Shown in pieces: positions 57,966 to 64,000 of a DNA stretch of 64,000 nucleotides. The notes beneath the pieces are model-generated. The model searched no databases, was not told the DNA's origin, and was given only the letters and a program-made list of their open reading frames with translations. The stretch's first letter is position 1, and each line of letters starts with the position of its first letter. The position numbers and the translations under genes were made by a program. Source of the stretch: an uncultured Parachlamydiaceae bacterium (GTDB lineage Bacteria > Chlamydiota > Chlamydiia > Chlamydiales > Parachlamydiaceae); contig CAVULX010000004.1 of the NCBI GenBank assembly GCA_963742415.1, positions 544,001 through 608,000 on the forward strand, in the 5' to 3' direction.

Positions 57966-60845
57966 ATGGAATCATCAATATTCACAGCAAGAGATCAAAT
58001 ACCGATCACTTCGATCGCTTCAACAACAGTTAGTAACTCCGATTCACCCTCTTCTCGGAACGATATCGATAAGATTAGAAGACTATCTTTTTTACCTCTA
58101 ACGAACTTTTTTAGTTTGCAAGCGAACTTTAAATTCAAAGAAAAGCACAACTTTTATACATTACCCGAACTGATTCTCACTTCTATTATCAAGCATGCTA
58201 AATTCCACCCCGTGGAAAAGTGGTCTTTAAAGTATATGATGGCAATTTCCCGTCTTATTAATTCTTGCTTTAAAAAAGAAAGATTATCTTTCAATGTGAA
58301 AGAATTGTTCGAAGATTTAGTAAAAAAAACTCACATAAAGTGGGGAAAAGAAGATTTGACTCGACAGAATAATAACGGAGACTTTCTAGTTATGCTTCTA
58401 GAAAAAGATCCCGAAATTGATTTTAATAGCCAAAATTTTGCGAAGATTCAAAGTAAACTGCTTGATTTGCAAATAAGCCAGTTTAGTCTTTCGATAAAAG
58501 AATTGAAACAGTGTTCTGATTTTTATAAAGCTACTATAGATAATTTAAAATTTCAGGTTATTCAAGATTCTAGAAATGCATTCCGCAATTACAAGAATAC
58601 AAAACCCACAGATTTGAAATCTGTAAAAACTAATTTTAGCGGAGGTCGCAATTATGATGATTTGTATACAAAAACTGTAGGCTTAGCTAAGATTTTTGAG
58701 CGAGCCGTAGAGGAAATTGTTAGGACAAACCCTCTCGGGGAGTTAGAAAAAATTGGGGAAAATTCAAAAAAAACACTACTAGCTAAGTTTTCAGATAGTT
58801 TAAACAACTATCAAGCGAAGCTGAAAACTCAATGCAGTCTTATAGAGGAAAAATTTGATTTTTTGGTACCTTTAAGGGGTCTTCGTCGATTAATGTCATC
58901 TGTAGGCAAGTTTATAAATGAAAATTCTAACGAGTCCAATGAGCCTGCTCCAAAACTCCCTGACTTAGATCGTCCTTCCACCAGCGAAAATAAAATGGAA
59001 AACCTAAGGAAAAATCAAAAAACATATACCCCAACACCGATAGCTGCATTTACTGACATTCAGGTTACTAGAGAAAAAACAGCATGTTTTGCCGAAACCT
59101 CGTACAGTAATTTCGAACAGCCTGACAAAAAGATTAAACAAATGTTGGAACTCTGGTCGTTGCATGCAAAACTTCTTCGATATTTAAGTTCTAACTTCAA
59201 AGAAAGTGCGTCTAGAATTGAAGTACAAGTGGAAAAACCTGAAGATTATATGTCATTGATCGATGAAGAGGAAAGAGAGAAAGCTGTAAAACGAAGAAAG
59301 AAAGCAATCAAGGGTAAAGAGGACTCTTCAAAGCAAGAAATTGCAAAACCCACGATTCAAGAAAGCTTCCCCGCAGAGAATGAACCGGAAAAAAATGGAT
59401 TGAATGTGCATCAACCTATTCTTACGAGCCCCTCAAATGATATTTTCTCTAAATTTGAATTCGGGGATAAAACCAATTTATACATTCCTAGCGAGGTTGC
59501 TGTGCGGCTTAATCAAGCCATCCAACAATCTTCCCAGTTAACCGATGAACAAATGAAGACGTTATCTCGTTTCAAAAAAAAATGTTACAAAATTGCAATT
59601 GAAGAAGCAAAAGACCATCTATTCCTAGCCGCATGCGGCTTTGAGGTCTTTATGGAAGCAATCTCTGAAGGACATTTTGAAGCTTTAGGGACGATCGTAT
59701 CAGCTTTGATGCTTGATTGGCATGGCATTGAAGAACAAACCCGGAGATCCTCTCACATTCTCATTTTCAAAAAAATATTTAAAACCCACCATCTGGAAAG
59801 CTTGAGTAAGGCTATCAATGAAAATGAAAATCAACAGCGGGTAGAGAGTCTCAGTGAACATCTGAATTCCTTGGATAATGCTCAAATATGGGCCCGTTAT
59901 CCAGAATCTCAACGTATTAGATCACCCGACCCTATGCCAAAAGGGTTAGAAATGCTTTATTTTGCTCAAAAGTTTTCGAATGCTTTTCTTAAAGGTAATA
60001 AAAATCTGTCTCAAGAAATTGAGGGAGTGGAAAAATTGATTGATTTCGTTTGCAACAAACACTTTTTTTGTTGGTTAAACATAGCCCGATTGCTTTGTCC
60101 AAAACAATTGACACCTTCAAGTATTGAAGCCTACAACACTCTGATCAATGGTTATCGTTGCGACCTTAAAACATACGCTAAGGAAAGATTAGAGGGGATA
60201 AATTCTGCGGCAGCGAATCGGAGAAGCAATGCGAATCTTCTCCAAGATTCCCTTGTAAAAAGGCTTAGAACTTTAATGAAAGCCAACAAAAAAAATAAAA
60301 ATATTAAGGTCTTTGACAACCCTTATGCACTGCTTGGAGATGTAAAACGGCATGTACAGAACGTTTCAATAGCTTCTATTTTAAAACAATCAAATAAAAC
60401 CCAGGTTCAGCACCATGAAGCGTGGCATCATAGGAATAGGCTCAATATGCAATGGGCTTTAGAGCAAACATACCGTTATATGGCGCTTGGCCAGGGGATT
60501 AAAGGGATCAAAGCCCATAACTTTCCAACATTTCAAAAGCTATTAAGGTCGATAGGAGTCCCTTTGAATAGCGCGGAAGAAGTGGATGCAAATGTGTTTA
60601 ATCTGGGACAGATGATATACTATCCGCGGTTCTCGACAAAAATAGATGATCAAAATTCACCTCTGATCGAAACCTTTCTCCAAATATTAAAAAATTGTCA
60701 GATGCAAGCCCACGATGGTTCTAAAGGCCTATGGGAGAAAGTTAAATCTCGTAAAAACCCAAAGGAGATAAGGCCCGATGCAGACTTGGATAAAGCCTTC
60801 ACCAATGCTCGAAACATCATCGGACGCTATATTGCCGCAACCTAA
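57966..60845 (+). CDS. 959-aa hypothetical protein with two C-terminal HEPN-like motifs
   Basis: Long ORF with AGGA RBS; Ser/Thr-rich N-terminus; KTHHLESL...ARYP and QWALEQ...AHNF...YYP. Confidence 0.7.
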   Translation: MESSIFTARDQIPITSIASTTVSNSDSPSSRNDIDKIRRLSFLPLTNFFSLQANFKFKEKHNFYTLPELILTSIIKHAKFHPVEKWSLKYMMAISRLINSCFKKERLSFNVKELFEDLVKKTHIKWGKEDLTRQNNNGDFLVMLLEKDPEIDFNSQNFAKIQSKLLDLQISQFSLSIKELKQCSDFYKATIDNLKFQVIQDSRNAFRNYKNTKPTDLKSVKTNFSGGRNYDDLYTKTVGLAKIFERAVEEIVRTNPLGELEKIGENSKKTLLAKFSDSLNNYQAKLKTQCSLIEEKFDFLVPLRGLRRLMSSVGKFINENSNESNEPAPKLPDLDRPSTSENKMENLRKNQKTYTPTPIAAFTDIQVTREKTACFAETSYSNFEQPDKKIKQMLELWSLHAKLLRYLSSNFKESASRIEVQVEKPEDYMSLIDEEEREKAVKRRKKAIKGKEDSSKQEIAKPTIQESFPAENEPEKNGLNVHQPILTSPSNDIFSKFEFGDKTNLYIPSEVAVRLNQAIQQSSQLTDEQMKTLSRFKKKCYKIAIEEAKDHLFLAACGFEVFMEAISEGHFEALGTIVSALMLDWHGIEEQTRRSSHILIFKKIFKTHHLESLSKAINENENQQRVESLSEHLNSLDNAQIWARYPESQRIRSPDPMPKGLEMLYFAQKFSNAFLKGNKNLSQEIEGVEKLIDFVCNKHFFCWLNIARLLCPKQLTPSSIEAYNTLINGYRCDLKTYAKERLEGINSAAANRRSNANLLQDSLVKRLRTLMKANKKNKNIKVFDNPYALLGDVKRHVQNVSIASILKQSNKTQVQHHEAWHHRNRLNMQWALEQTYRYMALGQGIKGIKAHNFPTFQKLLRSIGVPLNSAEEVDANVFNLGQMIYYPRFSTKIDDQNSPLIETFLQILKNCQMQAHDGSKGLWEKVKSRKNPKEIRPDADLDKAFTNARNIIGRYIAAT

Positions 60846-60870
60846 AGCCCCGGATCTGAAGTTTCGAGGC

Positions 60871-62904
60871 CTACTTGATGAGGGCTTGCAAAAGGGAGGA
60901 AGCCTCTCTTTTGATTGCTTTCAAAGGATTTTTTGAGCGGCGTCCCTTTTCTTGACTATTTTGATCCTGGGTTTGTTCTTCGGGGTTTGTAACGTTGGCA
61001 TCACCCTCTGTTTCCCATGGCAATGGATTTGTTGTTGGCGGTGGAATTGGTTCCGTGTCATAGGCACCTGTAGCTAACCCCAAAACAGTTCCGAGGACCA
61101 TCCCTTGAGGGCCGCCGGCAATTTGAGCTGTGAGGGCTGCCAATTTAGCTGCAACTTTGCTCTTATCAATACTTGCATGACCTATTCTGCCTCGAAGGGG
61201 AAAAACCATCATATAATGGCGGCTGGGCATGGCTACTCCTAAGGCCTGTTGAAGAGATTTTCCTGTCAATCCAATCGACATTTTAATTTTATCTCCCGGC
61301 AAATCCACATGTCCCCATGTGGCAATCGGATACCGATGCAAAGTCAACATGTCGAAACGCTCCACGTGTACGACCCCATTTTGAATACTCAGATAAATAG
61401 GGGTGAATTGAACATTAATCGGGTTGTTTTGCGAAACCCTCAAGGCAGATAAAATATTGGCAACCTGCCCTTGATTACTGAAGTATACGTTGCCGAGATT
61501 GATAACCATTTTTCCTATTTGAATATGAGCCAGATCCATAGCGTTAATCGGCATTGCGAATCCTTCAGGTTCAATAGTTAACGATAATCTGTCATCTGCC
61601 GCGACTAAACCGTCCAAAAGGGGAACGATCTCCTGAAGAACGCTCTCCCCAAGCTCCGGCGAAGCTGTCACCTCAGCATAAAACGGCTGATTCAAAGTCA
61701 CATACCCTTGATTCATTTGGGCATCCAGCTGAAATGTTCCCTTAGCTCCATTTAAAACGACTTGAAAAGGGCCTGAGAGATGCTTTTGTTCCACAGTCGC
61801 ATCAATATTGATGAGCGGACCCAATAAAGCTTCCAACTTGGCGTGAGTCAACTGCTCCAAACAAACGACTTCGCATAATAGGTCTGCTGGCAGATGGGAA
61901 GCGTTGACATGAAAAGCCAAATCAGCTTCCTCATACCAAATCCCTTGTGTTGGGATTTTTAGCCTATCGATATTTATTTGAATACGAGCCTCATCATTAA
62001 GGGGGATATTATTGTTTTCCGACAGGAAACGGGCAAATTCAGGTGTGACTTTTAATTCGAACTGTGCAGGTGAAATTAAAGAGAGATCTTTTGAGGTTAA
62101 AGCTAAAGTTGCGGCCCCTTGCACATTTGGGCTATTGATTTGCAATTTAATGCTGGATCCAAGTTCTTGTTTTTCCTGCAGCAAATCGATGTTAACCCTA
62201 GGCCCAATGGCTAAAGGGATAGCTCGGATAAGACGGGAACTTTTGCGGCTGATGAATGGATCAAGCAAACTTGTCGGAAGGTTTTCAGCTTTGACGGATA
62301 AGCGTTGGATTTTTTCCGGTTCAAACCCTGTTAAAAGGGTATCGACAGTAAAAAAACCTTTTTCCGATCCCTCTTGCGTCTTTCCTGATAATTGGATCGA
62401 AAGGGGGGCATTGATCCCTTCGATTTGAATGTTCCCATCGACATCAAAGAGTTGGATCGTGTCTGGAGCAGAAGAGGGGATAGAAAAAGGGGTTTGCCCT
62501 AGAGCTTTTTGCAAATTGGTTTCCCCATTTGGATCCCGCACAATTTTTGCATTGAGACCTTTGATTTGAAGGCTGAAAATGTTTCCGGTGATGTTTAGCA
62601 GCTTAAATAATGATACAGAGGTTGAAACGTTGTCGATGGAAACCACCTCTTGCTGATTTGGATCCTTTAGGGAAACCCCCTTGATTTGCTGAGAACCTAG
62701 CCAACTGAAGCTTATTTTCTGGATCGTCAATTGTCCTGGAATGGCAGAATTGATGGAAGAAAGGTAGTAGTCCCTTGCCCAGGATGACGAAAGGATAATA
62801 GGAATTGCAAGAATAAAGGTCCAAACAAGAATAAATAATGCAATACCGATAAAAAGAAATGGTTTGAACCACCGCCATTTGTTTTTCTTTTGATCTAATG
62901 ACAC
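60871..62904 (-). CDS. AsmA-like membrane-anchored beta-rich protein
   Basis: N-terminal TM, GQLTIQKISFSWLG, GETNL, beta-rich body; GGAG RBS before GTG. Confidence 0.6.
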   Translation of the reverse strand: MSLDQKKNKWRWFKPFLFIGIALFILVWTFILAIPIILSSSWARDYYLSSINSAIPGQLTIQKISFSWLGSQQIKGVSLKDPNQQEVVSIDNVSTSVSLFKLLNITGNIFSLQIKGLNAKIVRDPNGETNLQKALGQTPFSIPSSAPDTIQLFDVDGNIQIEGINAPLSIQLSGKTQEGSEKGFFTVDTLLTGFEPEKIQRLSVKAENLPTSLLDPFISRKSSRLIRAIPLAIGPRVNIDLLQEKQELGSSIKLQINSPNVQGAATLALTSKDLSLISPAQFELKVTPEFARFLSENNNIPLNDEARIQINIDRLKIPTQGIWYEEADLAFHVNASHLPADLLCEVVCLEQLTHAKLEALLGPLINIDATVEQKHLSGPFQVVLNGAKGTFQLDAQMNQGYVTLNQPFYAEVTASPELGESVLQEIVPLLDGLVAADDRLSLTIEPEGFAMPINAMDLAHIQIGKMVINLGNVYFSNQGQVANILSALRVSQNNPINVQFTPIYLSIQNGVVHVERFDMLTLHRYPIATWGHVDLPGDKIKMSIGLTGKSLQQALGVAMPSRHYMMVFPLRGRIGHASIDKSKVAAKLAALTAQIAGGPQGMVLGTVLGLATGAYDTEPIPPPTTNPLPWETEGDANVTNPEEQTQDQNSQEKGRRSKNPLKAIKREASSLLQALIK

Positions 62905-62995
62905 TTGCTACTCCTCAGGTTAATAACATCATAAGTCTAATAGAATTACAGTTATTATTCCACAGGAGATAATTTTATTAATTTTAGAAACTTTA

Positions 62996-63033
62996 AGCAA
63001 AAGTCATCTTCGCAAATGAAGATGACTTTTGCT
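62996..63033. terminator. Strong (probably bidirectional) terminator hairpin
   Basis: agcaaaagtcatcttc-gcaaat-gaagatgacttttgct. Confidence 0.75.
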
Positions 63034-63047
63034 TGGTTTTTGGAAAG

Positions 63048-64000
63048 TTATTGATTGAAGACATTATCAGGCGAATTTCGGGCCACTTTTGCATCCTCAA
63101 TGTCAAGGACCCCGCCGGTTGCATTAAAGATCCCGCCGCCTTGTATAGAGGCAATATTATTCGTTACTTTTGTATCCTTGAAAAAATTCGCTGTTCCAGT
63201 ATTATATACTCCGCCTCCATCAGTTGCACTCAGGTTTGCATGCACTTTTGAATGATATAGGCTAATCGTCACAAGACCGTTAAAAATTCCACCTGCTTCA
63301 CCTGCTTGATTTCTTAGGAATTTTACATGCGACAAAATGACGTTATTCGTCGCATTGAACAATCCACCGCCAGCTCCCCTTGTTGAGTTCGCTATTAACT
63401 TGGACTTTGTAATTGTGAGGCTACCTAAGGCTGAAAAAATTCCTCCCCCAGATGTTTGTGCTGAATTATTCTCTAGCTCGGTATCTACAATCGAGGTACT
63501 TCCTTCACCGTTATAGATCCCTCCTCCAGAAGCGCCCGCCTGATTTCCTGAAATTTTGGTATCATTTTCTGTTGTCAAATCGCCCCCATCATTAAAGATT
63601 CCACCCCCATTTTGGGCAGCGATGTTATTAATGACATGGACATGTTTAAGGGTCAAATCCCCTTCGTTAAAAATACCACCGCCATTTGTGGCTAAACCAT
63701 TTTGGATGATTAAATGCTCAATGAATACACCTGAAGAGATGGAAAGAACAGACCCAGTGGCACCTCCATCAAGAGTAGCATCATTCTTTCCTCGCAAGGT
63801 TAAATCCTTATTAATCGTGAAATTACCGACAAAAGTCCCATGAATTTTAAGTGTGTCACCTGCGCTTGCAGCATTAATGGCTGTTTGTAAGTTGTTGTAC
63901 ACAACCCCAGTATTTTCATTTTTGACAAAATGCTTAGCAATCTGAGCCGCTTCATTATCATCATCTTCAGTGACTCCTTCCACTTGCCTCAGTTCAATTC
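63048..64000 (-). CDS. Pmp-like / right-handed beta-helix repeat protein; start lies outside the window
   Basis: Eight GGG(I/L/V)(F/Y)-type repeats, LQTAINAASAGDTL; frame open to the window end. Confidence 0.8.
   Translation of the reverse strand, partial: IELRQVEGVTEDDDNEAAQIAKHFVKNENTGVVYNNLQTAINAASAGDTLKIHGTFVGNFTINKDLTLRGKNDATLDGGATGSVLSISSGVFIEHLIIQNGLATNGGGIFNEGDLTLKHVHVINNIAAQNGGGIFNDGGDLTTENDTKISGNQAGASGGGIYNGEGSTSIVDTELENNSAQTSGGGIFSALGSLTITKSKLIANSTRGAGGGLFNATNNVILSHVKFLRNQAGEAGGIFNGLVTISLYHSKVHANLSATDGGGVYNTGTANFFKDTKVTNNIASIQGGGIFNATGGVLDIEDAKVARNSPDNVFNQ

Noticed and set aside
57966..60845. Cas13-like effector (about 960 aa, two HEPN-like regions)
   Set aside because: No RxxxxH pair, no CRISPR array and no cas genes in the window; the motifs look like the PF05168 type

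Overview
An AT-rich bacterial chromosome segment, most likely from an environmental member of the Chlamydiae (Parachlamydiales-like). This is inferred from the DUF1207 / LOG-fusion / MYG1 / HIT block, dnaN-recF without an adjacent dnaA, a Pmp-like GGxIxN repeat protein and several eukaryote-like putative effectors. Core content: a MoxR-DUF58-DUF4381-vWA operon, cyoABCDE (cyoB broken by two and cyoD by one single-base frameshift), NDH-2, menA/menG, tRNA-Leu(TAG), an ABC permease-binding protein fusion, an MFS transporter, dnaN and recF. Accessory structure visible only in the DNA: (1) a decayed island at tRNA-Leu carrying a large serine recombinase C-terminal remnant and a second copy of its last 42 bp, AbiEi/AbiEii (with a C-terminal extension), a half-MYND-AlkB oxygenase and VapBC; (2) three 38-bp Tn3-family-like inverted repeats that bracket a transposase-less 2.95-kb cassette with a serpin and a 2OG-Fe(II) oxygenase, next to a 959-aa protein with two HEPN-like motifs; (3) two families of long palindromic non-coding elements; (4) a tandem pair of pseudokinases; (5) a four-gene envelope operon resembling an uncharacterised Planctomycete module. 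All family calls come from motif recognition by eye; no searches were run.
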